IMG/VR virus record: IMGVR_UViG_3300050020_000041
Span: 57,780-77,779 of that record
Strand: one strand, 5' to 3'
DNA: 20,000 bases
Source of the DNA: an uncultured virus (IMG/VR IMGVR_UViG_3300050020_000041)
Taxonomy: Duplodnaviria > Heunggongvirae > Uroviricota > Caudoviricetes
A program made the translations under genes and the position numbers. The notes beneath the pieces were generated by a model, which worked only from the letters and a program-made list of their open reading frames with translations, made no database searches and was not told where the DNA came from. Positions 9,801-15,986 of this stretch are shown here, in pieces. Position 1 is the first letter of the stretch. Every line of letters starts with the position of its first letter.

Positions 9801-11697
9801 CAAGACCGGCTATTATGGTCTTCAGATGATGGACCATAACGGAAATGAATTCTTCGCATTAAGTTCAGATACAGTGAGTACTGCAGTAGGAGATCATTCG
9901 TATAACCGTTTAGCTGGCTTCGCATTTAGCTACCAGTCAATATGGTCAAGCAACTTAGCAGGTGGATCTGATGGTGCTTACACAACGGCAGGCGTAATAT
10001 TAAATTCGTCTGGATGGATTTCAGCAAAGAACTTCTACATCGACAGCAGTGGTAACGCTAAGTTCAGGGGTGACATATCAGGCGCATCTGGCACGTTCAC
10101 GGGAAGCATAACAGGTGCATCCGGTACCATCGGCGGCATTACGTTCAATGCCTCTGGGATAACAAGTACGAATTTCAGTGTAAGTACAAGCGGAGTGGCA
10201 ACCCTAACGGGAGCTAATGTAAATGGTTCTCTTAATGTTACAAGTGCATCTGCTTTCAGCGGCGCAATATCGGTAACGGGAAGCAGTATCACCCTCAGCG
10301 GTGGTTCTCTGATAGCAGGTAATGTCACGCTGAATTCATCTGGATTGTCGGGAACGAATTATTCGATAAATGCCAGTGGTGTAACGGCTACAGCAGGAGC
10401 GATAGGTGGATTTGCCCTTGGAGCGCATACGTTATCGACAGGCTCGGGTGCAACATTGCTTGAGTTTTCGAACTTAACGAACAACCTATACGTCAAGGGT
10501 GGCACAGCGGCTATTTCTGCAAATGTAGTTTTAGGAGCTGGCTTCTACATCGGTCAAGATCCATCGAATAATGCCTTCGGAGCTTTTATTGGAAGTGCCA
10601 CCGGAACAAATTTGTTTTACAACGGCAACACTGGAATCTTGAACCTTGCCGGAAGTATAAACTCGACGGCTACGATAACGGGCGGAACAATACAGACGGC
10701 CAGCAGTGGTGCAAGGATAAAGATGACAGGTAATAACGTATCGTTATATGCTGGCTCGAGCTGGTCGAATTCATCCGCAATTAGTTTCTTGGTCGGAACG
10801 GCGGTTAAGTTTAACATATGGGCAGACGGTGATACTATTCTTAACATAGGGACGGATGCGTGGACGGGAACTGCAGGAGCGAGAATTCTTATCGGTTCTA
10901 CAAATGACAGATCCTGGAATCCCGTGGGACTAAACGATCTAAGATTTATGAGTAGCGGCGCTATCGAAGGAGCCATGAATTTGGGGACAAATGCAGCGAT
11001 TACCACGACGTCCTTGTTGCCCAGAGGACTTACAGTGGTCTCGATGGATGCCCCGGCGGGAGTAGCCATTGTATCGGATGGTGCAGAGGGTTCGGGAAAC
11101 TTTGCGACAGGTCATATTAAGGTTCAGGCGAAGTCGGCAGATGGTCAGTGGGGAGTAGTTTCCGGAAGCGTTAATTATAACTTCGGCATGTACCCTCATG
11201 GTGCTCATATAAGTTGGGGTGCTGTGGCGGGAGCTTCTGTATATAGAGTATACATATATGAGGATGGTGACTATTCGAAGTACATCGACACTACGAACAC
11301 AGGTATGTTTATAACGTCTCGGGGCTCGAATTACTTCACGGATGTTCAGCCGGAAGTATGCGCAGTGTTCACCAAAACGGTGATATTCAAAGGACAGCAT
11401 GCTGATGGTCTGTACGAAATGGGAACAGGAACGTCAATCGTAGACTGGAATAATGGTAACAAACAGCGAATAACTAATGCGTCAGACGGAATGACGTATT
11501 CGCTGACGTTTAAGAACCCCTTGGTGGGCGCTGGATATATCCTGCTATTCACGGCCTCTGAATCAATAGACGCTATCACGTTTCCAAGCAACATTAGGTG
11601 GGCGGGGGGAATAGCGCCTGATGGAAGTAGTGGGAATCTCTCATGCTCGTTCATATACGACGGAACGAATTATTTAGGTTATTATACGGTGAATTAA
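844..11697 (+). CDS. Giant (3617 aa) mosaic phage tail fibre / host-specificity protein
   Basis: Uninterrupted 10.8-kb G/S/T/N-rich ORF. It contains a short collagen-like GxxGxx run (~1732-1777), a 'GTTVTINATTLTVDDKNIEIG...DKTIMW' fibre module (~3763-4020), seven GxVGIG-type repeats (4333-5880), two carbohydrate-binding-like inserts (~6916-7930), repeated (I/A)(A/G)G(W/F)x(F/I) motifs (8215-10416) and a C-terminal 'VDWNNGNKQ...FPSNIRWAGG...YDGTNY' domain typical of fibre tips. Confidence 0.85.
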   Translation: MIGITYNDDSVIIYGQKFGSNGLPDVGVEVVIYDPALAKVVARDVTRLYGKYSLVVPKDEIPDGKYELRFYGGGYLPKLVPDGDWESFQVGSGTSFGAIALNSNCGGIFKRYEDGSITPSSTIVTCSVTNISPTNFIWTKNGVTQSGHTSTLTVLATDFSSDLIVITCTVEGLLDGRVMTPMMDVLTLTRLTDGSGAYSVILSNEVLVIATDKDGNNPVPSSGYTDVQLFKGINEITPTFSEEDSSAYGCNAAIPEDGSRITIDMFTADTGYADIVILDGSTYVTTKRFSFVKSKQGATGAAGANGINGPGVTYRGTYDPAKTYRATNDFRDVVRYRVLITDPWVYYFCKVDNSTGTFDLTHWTALAYFETVATGLLLTDDAVITHCLTLGTDGAYSGILRSANATAALAGNGLFMSDSTNGIFRVGSVVSGALSKGIYWDGSDIQVQSANFILQQGKLWANSGGFGGSFLTPSIALNSTGITVGNKIVITDSTTIFDDPTALRGANALPVFSPLASYWNVTALVLGGATITGGALDLSTGKEQAAYDLTTVALKTGATVPEGVPGTASTYVLSFRAKSNAIGAQAGEAYVNIKDSATGTLLKKVGLNYGTLHTVVIDPYLAEYEYSNIMSDWNNVTISFQHTSNAFKLEFVVRSGDAVYGEDCDFDNELFVDQIYLTAYAPKVILSGQGLLVYQTPQSYFKMSASEFVFKGMDVEVESLTVRGNIYLAGSTYAAASNLMGTTSPIFTIGVGGSSLTKLIFDNTVQGILSYNGTIFSLSRGLSVSGGITLSSLVSGFLKTDASGVLSTLAQLSNADIASAAAIAWTKISKAGSNLTDMATRNHSDLSGVGTNAHSVIDTHIATTGDATIHHVHSNKTYLDAINQALATTSIVTFSYLTTAHDATINGIVNVNPPSPVAPFVLNSNARGHLVTGLNADQVDGFDLNQALLTTSSPTFSALTITNDLTIGGCFTVNGTTVTINATTLTVDDKNIEIGSVNTPTDATANGGGLTLRGTIDKTIMWDSTNNNWTASENWNLLTGKVFKINNVQVLSATALGNGVLASYLTSVGVLTSLAVAGDAVFGTGTHKLTVSTFNGNAMWIDMPTTGPSGIGSGGAGADAWIAYVQIPGHWFDDSESGDIAYRNTSGRLLFGTNGVSPTLIVQGECVGINVMSPAVALDVDGGIRLSGYLEVHDLGANGNDGDVTISGWGEMIRFGDSELHYESDTHYFHNAAGSDYRLTIVNTGVGIGRPDAATRLHVGDNDSQNTVRVMGHGANKAAVVSLFNYGNREGFIAQTAGSLYIGNASGLANYNDATIIAGANITITNAGKVGIGMTPDNKLDVNGEIFIPNNNGLLSKNTSGTVVPLIKLTASNNLRLLTGFNSNIEIFNTAQDTQLVTFTNAGYVGIGCIPAVTLEVNGTSYFGVPGATRVSITGGGYIGTISPSANDNIIVRAKGTGSVFVGYGNGSGGLRIYDGGTANIGSWISGSTANSYLNANGGNVGVGLSGPTYHLEVRGGSAGGNVALFEGNNASDGSGASFCMKADSYNGVFSAKNYKGAYDAGINLIQDGSLAARRYSLLVQASTGNLLFATDTSNSFSGLAGTVLAALTSTGNFGLGIIAATAKIHISGNGGWASAIRMDNTSGHNWSMYPTASYYTINDETAGVARISIDNTGNVGIGRNPGAKLDVNGDLRVSQGTGTSAVPYIRLYNTDTGGWMWRIGLHSSDFYIGAANDTDQLLTISSAGIVTIKSTADSALTNCGGISKNDFASQTTGYRITQHGDADFRSIYADQLHVKSFIADLEQTLAGEQMICKSVAKLAVNFVYVPGDGDDGWGDYYVTVEEFDGFIGNVFEDNDVVRFRVQSRISGGLNVTDMYGWVFFDSRYGSGADPKPWTQTYLFQPFQYPTSAITFTKGSLALDYGAAGNGYYEVSAIDGNNGSNSPYSQIVTWDYDYDEEWNTLMSPTVQSRLGNLAGITSPVFGALKDYGLWTQNLFAEKNVSIAGTLTAGDIRGVGNTFMAGRITRNLAPYSDYSNHVYGTVYTCDPSTGFGWGGDTGTAVCYANGGYSDLPYKVLNKTTGGTGGIYLDSSPGIQIYSGRTYLISCWLKASSAYTDTDGQMLGLNRIADNVYKSGTTPLSITTEWKRFYRTYFASSSDTGIYQNRAILYEDAILPLSVYSCGFQVEDITGTIQKIPSQFQPTDAGSAITYGPELITNGTDWMHSTNVTPGLADGFVATYDSAKFTVTYSLTSGNGFTGNAQRVHLDTSTSGGVGGWWGIMNGPTNQLTVGKKYSFSMKYRSSYPMCIQAQGGAVYVNYPVNTGSCQSATGMFIATSPGFFMGVCLTSFAGSWLEIDEASLKEITENDEEYGMWVCAGGIGGTMQNPVVSIADYGLRIRSAEHTIGLADGSIMIGNITGTAVSALKLTNTGVPLTSGLFGYTSGGGESFALRLNGTASLAGWDFDTATLSSASKVFISTAAQTAAVDTIKIDAANTRIFVGSSISLSGLSAGTILIGSAASVDAGVGIYADGNGNFRAGMATSSGTDFIKVTPTATTIKASVFSLVANTDDLVIDSVNKKISLAAGAIVLDGGVSATCSVITVGPTAGSKIQLYGDTNLASISTGKTSYSDTTAGFWIARNSGVTEFYAGDATSYLKFISTGVVSIKTSSFTLASGKTVASDTTNAGLWINGTDFYVGTASDASYLKYVSGALSMKASTFNLSTSTIVISSASTGSIALGSATAFGTGIGLWLDGGGNFRAGTTAGNRISYASDGTVTLVSNYAQITGNSGWLGASNFLTWSNTTVTAAGWTIDASRIYKGWALGVGAGWVSLANEHGGTGYGQNIYGAGLSLSVDTGVVSYNMYFGELPIAKDGSNNWTFGTTPTTRKHGFGIFDYNNASPFIEFSYLNNVKKAVIAGWDFTTSMLRNGVTAGNTGNTMYFNNANTTGTGTIYGQEIILKGIVQVWRQSNNAGHLVLGELAASATSVKTGYYGLQMMDHNGNEFFALSSDTVSTAVGDHSYNRLAGFAFSYQSIWSSNLAGGSDGAYTTAGVILNSSGWISAKNFYIDSSGNAKFRGDISGASGTFTGSITGASGTIGGITFNASGITSTNFSVSTSGVATLTGANVNGSLNVTSASAFSGAISVTGSSITLSGGSLIAGNVTLNSSGLSGTNYSINASGVTATAGAIGGFALGAHTLSTGSGATLLEFSNLTNNLYVKGGTAAISANVVLGAGFYIGQDPSNNAFGAFIGSATGTNLFYNGNTGILNLAGSINSTATITGGTIQTASSGARIKMTGNNVSLYAGSSWSNSSAISFLVGTAVKFNIWADGDTILNIGTDAWTGTAGARILIGSTNDRSWNPVGLNDLRFMSSGAIEGAMNLGTNAAITTTSLLPRGLTVVSMDAPAGVAIVSDGAEGSGNFATGHIKVQAKSADGQWGVVSGSVNYNFGMYPHGAHISWGAVAGASVYRVYIYEDGDYSKYIDTTNTGMFITSRGSNYFTDVQPEVCAVFTKTVIFKGQHADGLYEMGTGTSIVDWNNGNKQRITNASDGMTYSLTFKNPLVGAGYILLFTASESIDAITFPSNIRWAGGIAPDGSSGNLSCSFIYDGTNYLGYYTVN

Positions 11698-11773
11698 CTC
11701 AGGAATGTCCCCAACCCGCGGTCCGTGTAACACGGTAGAACCGCGTGTTAGGGACACTGCCTGATGAGATTAA
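11694..11773 (+). other. Long imperfect rod-like RNA hairpin filling the intergenic space (possible RNase III processing site or translational coupling element)
   Basis: Pairings: TCAGG 11699-703/CCTGA 11760-64; TGTCCC 11706-11/GGGACA 11751-56; AAC 11713-15/GTT 11747-49; CGCGGT 11717-22/ACCGCG 11740-45; CCGTG 11723-27/CACGG 11731-35, with loop TAA. No U-tract follows. Confidence 0.75.
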
Positions 11774-11776
11774 ATT

Positions 11777-12484
11777 ATGTCAACACAAACGAAATTGTTT
11801 CTTTTTACAGCGAACGCCGAAGGGTGGACGGGCAATGCCACCGAAGGTATAGGCTTGGAGTATAAGAAAAGAAGCAGCGGAAGGGGAAAAGTAGCGCATA
11901 GAACCGATCATCCGGGTTCTGGCGAAGGTTCAGGCATCTGGTACGGAACTCTGGCGGCGCACGGCAAGAATGGGGCTCATGGCTCGGCAGTAAGTACCAG
12001 TCCATCTTGGGAGTGGAAGGGTATATGGGAGGATCTTGGAGTGCCTTTCGGCTCCAAAGTAACTTCCGTTACTGCGTCCTTTTACGGCAGATGGTATATG
12101 CATAAGAGGGGTAAGCTTAGCGCATTGTATTTTAATGCTTCCGAAACGGGAATTGGTCCGCTTCAGTTAGTCAAGGGAACGTCTACCACGGATTTGGTCG
12201 CCGTGCAGCATCCGACAAGGGCAAGAACAAGCGGCAATGCCTGGAAGAACGAGCCGAGCATATTGACACTTGGCGATCCAGCATCAGGATGGAAGCATGC
12301 TGTGGGAAGCGCTATCAGCGTACCGAGTGCGGCACAGTATTCCGATAGGAAGATCCATCTGAAACTGAACATGCTTATTCCAGCCACGCTGGGAGAAATC
12401 ATTCAGTTAAAAGCGACCAGGATAAAGCTCGTCATGACATATTCTGCAGTTCCCAAGACCTACGCCCCGTTTTTCGGCATTTAG
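11777..12484 (+). CDS. Hypothetical beta-rich protein, putative fibre-tip adhesin or accessory protein
   Basis: Directly follows the giant fibre. Trp/Gly-rich beta-strand pattern (WEWKGIWEDLGVP) and a short hydrophobic C-terminal tail (YAPFFGI). Function is inferred from position only. Confidence 0.5.
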   Translation: MSTQTKLFLFTANAEGWTGNATEGIGLEYKKRSSGRGKVAHRTDHPGSGEGSGIWYGTLAAHGKNGAHGSAVSTSPSWEWKGIWEDLGVPFGSKVTSVTASFYGRWYMHKRGKLSALYFNASETGIGPLQLVKGTSTTDLVAVQHPTRARTSGNAWKNEPSILTLGDPASGWKHAVGSAISVPSAAQYSDRKIHLKLNMLIPATLGEIIQLKATRIKLVMTYSAVPKTYAPFFGI

Positions 12485-12490
12485 CTTCCC

Positions 12491-12557
12491 AACTGTCCTT
12501 ATTGGCACTTAATATGGCCGTCCTGCGTTGTAACGGACATCTTCAGTTTCTAACTTG
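12491..12557 (+). promoter_or_regulatory. Copy 1 of a repeated tripartite element, probable phage late promoter
   Basis: Blocks TGTCC (12494), CTTAA (12508), GTTGTAAC (12527) and TAACTTG (12551) have the same spacing as copy 2 at 17585. TTGTAA-N17-TAACTT has -35/-10 geometry. Confidence 0.6.
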
Positions 12558-12596
12558 TCGTCTACGATAATAAATGCCGGATAGGTTTCTGGCGCA

Positions 12597-13199
12597 ACTC
12601 ATACAAGAAAAACTTAGGAGATGATACGATGATCAGGATGAAACTGGGCGCACTCATTGAGGCGGAAGTAGCCTTAACAAAATTGGATTTACTCAGCAAG
12701 GAGCACAAACTTTCGTTTAAGGCGACTTACAAGCTGGGAAGAATCATAAAGAAAATTCAGCCAGACTTGGTTGACTATTACACGGAAAAGAAAAAGATCC
12801 TTGAATTAGTCGGTAAAGAAAAAACCGAATTGAAGGTTGTGAAAGAGGGCGAAGCACCTCAAGAAGTCGGTATAGGTAGCTATGACATCATAGACCACGA
12901 AAAATGGCAGAAGTATATGAAAGAGCTGGTCGGTAATGACATAGAGCTTTCAAACATTTTTCCGTTCACAGTAGAGGATCTCGAAGGAATAACGGAACTC
13001 GACACTGATGACTTCTTCCAGCTTGGTAATTTCCTCGATCAGAGTGATACCGAGGCCGAACCTAAAGAAAGAAAGAAAATTTCGGTGACTTTCGATAAGG
13101 TAGAACCGGTTTTACCTGAAGTGGTGCCGGTAGTTCCTATTCCGGAAGTATTAGAAGAAGTTCAAAGCGAGGTGGCTGAATAAGCCGTCTTGTATGAGT
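12597..13199. repeat. Perfect 12-bp inverted repeat pair (12597-12608 and 13188-13199) enclosing one gene
   Basis: ACTCATACAAGA at 12597-12608 is the exact reverse complement of TCTTGTATGAGT at 13188-13199. Confidence 0.85.
12629..13183 (+). CDS. DUF1617-like helical phage protein, possible tail-fibre assembly chaperone
   Basis: AGGAG Shine-Dalgarno at 12616-12620. The charged helical pattern 'LSFKATYKLGRIIKKIQPDL...EKKKILELVG...KWQKYMKEL' resembles DUF1617 proteins commonly found next to fibre genes. Acidic Pro/Val/Glu-rich C-terminal tail. Confidence 0.55.
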   Translation: MIRMKLGALIEAEVALTKLDLLSKEHKLSFKATYKLGRIIKKIQPDLVDYYTEKKKILELVGKEKTELKVVKEGEAPQEVGIGSYDIIDHEKWQKYMKELVGNDIELSNIFPFTVEDLEGITELDTDDFFQLGNFLDQSDTEAEPKERKKISVTFDKVEPVLPEVVPVVPIPEVLEEVQSEVAE

Positions 13200-13237
13200 G
13201 CCGGTCTGTCTTCCCCCAGCGGACCGGCTTTTAATTT
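13200..13237 (+). terminator. Rho-independent terminator
   Basis: Stem GCCGGTCTG (13200-08)/CGGACCGGC (13220-28), 9 bp with one G-U pair, followed by TTTTAATTT. Confidence 0.7.
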
Positions 13238-13252
13238 ATAAAGAGGAAGCAC

Positions 13253-15451
13253 ATGAAGCCCGTTTCATTATTCGATGGAAATCATCTAAAATTTTATAGC
13301 GTGGATAATGCGAACTCGGCACTCATGCATATGGTGGGAGAAAGCGTTCTCCTTGAAGCCAATCTCAACGTATCCGGTAGTATCACAGCCGACTCCCTTA
13401 TTTTGGTCAACGGTCTGAATACTGATGACATCACTGAAGGTGAGACTCATAAGTATTATACTGATCAGAAAGTTGACGACAGAATATCCGCAAACGTTGA
13501 AACCACAGAATCAATTAAGGGTAAGCTCGGTATAACCACTTTGAGCGGTAGCAACACTGGAGATCAGACATTGCCGACTGCACTGTCTCAATTAACGGCG
13601 GACTCAACACATGGGCTGGTAACAGACGCGGATAAATCAAACTGGAATGGAAAACAAAATGCCGGCTCTTATCTGTTAGCGAGTGATATCGCTGGGAAAG
13701 AAGATCTCTCCAACAAGTCAATAGATATAGCAGGGGATGGTGGCTCCGATACTAAGTACCCGAGTGTAAAAGCAATTAAAAATTACGCAGATAATCTCAT
13801 AGGCGGGTTGCTCAACTATCGTAGCGGTTATAATGCCTCTGGGAATGCGTATCCGACTTCTCTGACCAGCACGGGTTCAGGAGTGGCTGGCGCAATTATG
13901 AAAGGCGACATGTGGGTTATTTCCACTGCCGGAACTTTGGGCGGATCTGCAATCCAGATAGGTGACTCGATAATAGCCAATACGAATAACCCAGGTCAGA
14001 CAGCTGCGAATTGGAATACGCTTAACTCGAACATTACTTATGTTCCGGAAGATGTCGCCAGGAAGGTGTCTTCGATTTCAGGCTCTTCCACCGATGCTCA
14101 GTATCCGAGTGCAAAATTATTATACGATCAATTAGCAACGAAACAAGGAACGGGGGCATATTTAACCGGAGTCGTAGCAGACAGCCCTTTATCAGGCGCG
14201 GGCACAGCAGCTTCCCACTTGACAGTAGATCTCTCCGGCAGACAAGTAGCCTCGGTGGGTTTGTCTTCATTGGCGGGACTTACATACGTTTCGACATCAT
14301 TTGTCAAGATGACGGGTGCGAATACCTTTGCATTAGATACGAATGTTTATCTGACTTCCCTCGCGGGAGCCGTATTAACCGCTCAGACTACGCCACAGAC
14401 CATAGGAAACTCGTCAAATCGTTTAACGAAACTATGGGCAACAGATCTTGATGTAAGTAATGTCATAGCAACCGGCAATATTGGAGTCGGTATAAGCAAC
14501 CCGACAGGGAAGCTCCATTTTAAGGCAGGAAGCGTGGCGTATGGTTCTGGCGGTCTAAGACTTGAACAAAGCGCAGACACACATTACTGGGACATAATGC
14601 CAGCCTACGATCAGCTATATATCGGTCGAGATGGTGCTACGTATTATACTTTTCTGGAAGCATTTTTTGCACTGACCGATGGCGGCACTAATTTTATAAA
14701 GTTAGCAAAAAGCGGCGGCTCGTTTTTTAATGGTGGTAATCTGGGCGTAGGGAACGCTAATCCGGGCGCACTATTAGATTTAGGACTGGCAGGCACAAAA
14801 TTAGGTGTGATTCGTTTAGCGGGTTCGACATCCGGGAATGTATCCTTACAGCCCAACGTGGTCGCCGGAACAGACATTGTCTTGACATTACCCTCGACAT
14901 CAGGAACACTGGTAGTCGGAACGCCCTGGACGAGCGCGGGATATTTAACGTCCCTGACAGGTGCAATTTTAGTTTCTCAAGCAACTCCGCAAACCATAGG
15001 GGCGACGGGCTCAAGGTTAGCGAAATTATGGGCTACTGATATCGAAAGCACTAATGCAATTACGATGGGTGGCATAGTGGTCCCGACCATTTCAAGCACG
15101 AATATTTTAACAAATAAAAGAAAGCAGCCGAGAGTCTACACTGTGAATAGCGTAGGCGCGAGTCTTACGCCCGAGATTGCAACATTCGATATATTCGATG
15201 TAACGGCGGTGTCACAGCCATTGACAATAGCCAATCACTCTTATAGCATACCTGCTGATGGGGAACTCATGGAAATACGATTATTGGACAATGGGTTTGC
15301 TCGGGCACTTTCTTTTGGGACTAATTATGTGGCAAAAGCTGGAACCGCTCTGCCAACGACCACAACACTTGGGAAGAATATGACTATGCTTTTCGAATGG
15401 TTTGCAAGTTTAGGTAAATGGAACTTGATGTCAGTTGGTGTAGGGGTTTAG
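13253..15451 (+). CDS. Second phage tail fibre protein (732 aa)
   Basis: GAGG Shine-Dalgarno at 13243-46. Fibre motifs 'NTDDITEGETHKYYTD', 'LSGSNTGDQT', two 'xTDxxYPSxK'-type repeats, 'KGDMWVISTAG' and GNIGVG/GNLGVG repeats. C-terminal 'DGELMEIRLLDNG...LPTTTTLGK...KWNL' tip domain. Confidence 0.8.
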   Translation: MKPVSLFDGNHLKFYSVDNANSALMHMVGESVLLEANLNVSGSITADSLILVNGLNTDDITEGETHKYYTDQKVDDRISANVETTESIKGKLGITTLSGSNTGDQTLPTALSQLTADSTHGLVTDADKSNWNGKQNAGSYLLASDIAGKEDLSNKSIDIAGDGGSDTKYPSVKAIKNYADNLIGGLLNYRSGYNASGNAYPTSLTSTGSGVAGAIMKGDMWVISTAGTLGGSAIQIGDSIIANTNNPGQTAANWNTLNSNITYVPEDVARKVSSISGSSTDAQYPSAKLLYDQLATKQGTGAYLTGVVADSPLSGAGTAASHLTVDLSGRQVASVGLSSLAGLTYVSTSFVKMTGANTFALDTNVYLTSLAGAVLTAQTTPQTIGNSSNRLTKLWATDLDVSNVIATGNIGVGISNPTGKLHFKAGSVAYGSGGLRLEQSADTHYWDIMPAYDQLYIGRDGATYYTFLEAFFALTDGGTNFIKLAKSGGSFFNGGNLGVGNANPGALLDLGLAGTKLGVIRLAGSTSGNVSLQPNVVAGTDIVLTLPSTSGTLVVGTPWTSAGYLTSLTGAILVSQATPQTIGATGSRLAKLWATDIESTNAITMGGIVVPTISSTNILTNKRKQPRVYTVNSVGASLTPEIATFDIFDVTAVSQPLTIANHSYSIPADGELMEIRLLDNGFARALSFGTNYVAKAGTALPTTTTLGKNMTMLFEWFASLGKWNLMSVGVGV
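14348..15043 (+). repeat. Internal duplicated ~34-aa segment (14348-14450 and 14942-15043) in the second fibre
   Basis: YLTSLAGAVLTAQTTPQTIGNSSNRLTKLWATD versus YLTSLTGAILVSQATPQTIGATGSRLAKLWATD. Confidence 0.85.
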
Positions 15452-15452
15452 G

Positions 15453-15986
15453 ATGTCAAGAGGAACAAGAATTCCACTTGCCGAAGCAGCAGCGCACTGC
15501 AGAATCATAGAAGATTTGATTAAGGAGTATTCCGAACACACGGGCACTCCGGCGTTAGAATATCTGGTGGTCGGCTCAATAAGAAGAAAATGTGAGACCT
15601 GCGGGGACGGCGATATTGTCATCTGGGAGAAAGACAGGGAAGTGTTGACCAAGATTATGTCGAGTGCGAAAGAAAATAATATCGTCGCAAAAATGGAGAC
15701 TATGCCATGCGGCAATGTAATCAGCATAACCATGCCCGCTGGGTACAAAATAGAATTTTATTTTGCAGAGGAAAATGGTTGGTGGCACAAGGTTCAATTT
15801 ATCACCGGGAGCCGTGATTATAATGAAGTTCTGATGACTAAAATAAATGCCAAGGGCAAGTGGTTGTCTCGCACAGGATTCTTTGATGAGTTGGGACAAC
15901 GCATTATAGTAAACAGCGAAAAGGAATTATTCGAAGCCTATGGGGAAGAATATGTTTCTCCAGAGAACAGGAGTCTGATCTTATGA
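15453..15986 (+). CDS. polX: Minimal DNA polymerase X / Pol-beta-family nucleotidyltransferase (palm and thumb only), non-canonical
   Basis: Motifs GSIRR (41-45), GDGD (D52, D54), TGSxxYN (118-124), and C-terminal SEKELFEAYGEEYVSPENR (compare sE..iF..lgl.y.pPe.R). At 177 aa it matches the size of ASFV PolX. No 8-kDa lyase, fingers or PHP domain. Confidence 0.85.
   Translation: MSRGTRIPLAEAAAHCRIIEDLIKEYSEHTGTPALEYLVVGSIRRKCETCGDGDIVIWEKDREVLTKIMSSAKENNIVAKMETMPCGNVISITMPAGYKIEFYFAEENGWWHKVQFITGSRDYNEVLMTKINAKGKWLSRTGFFDELGQRIIVNSEKELFEAYGEEYVSPENRSLIL

Noticed and set aside
11701..11760. Third copy of the repeated promoter-like element (contains AATGTCC and TGTAAC)
   Set aside because: Spacing differs (TGTCC to TGTAAC is 20 bp versus 35 bp) and the CTTAA and TAAyTTG blocks are absent.
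11761..11794. Hammerhead ribozyme core (CTGATGA...GAAA)
   Set aside because: Stem II cannot form between the two motifs and no suitable stem I/III with a UH site is present. The CTGA is better explained as part of the rod hairpin.
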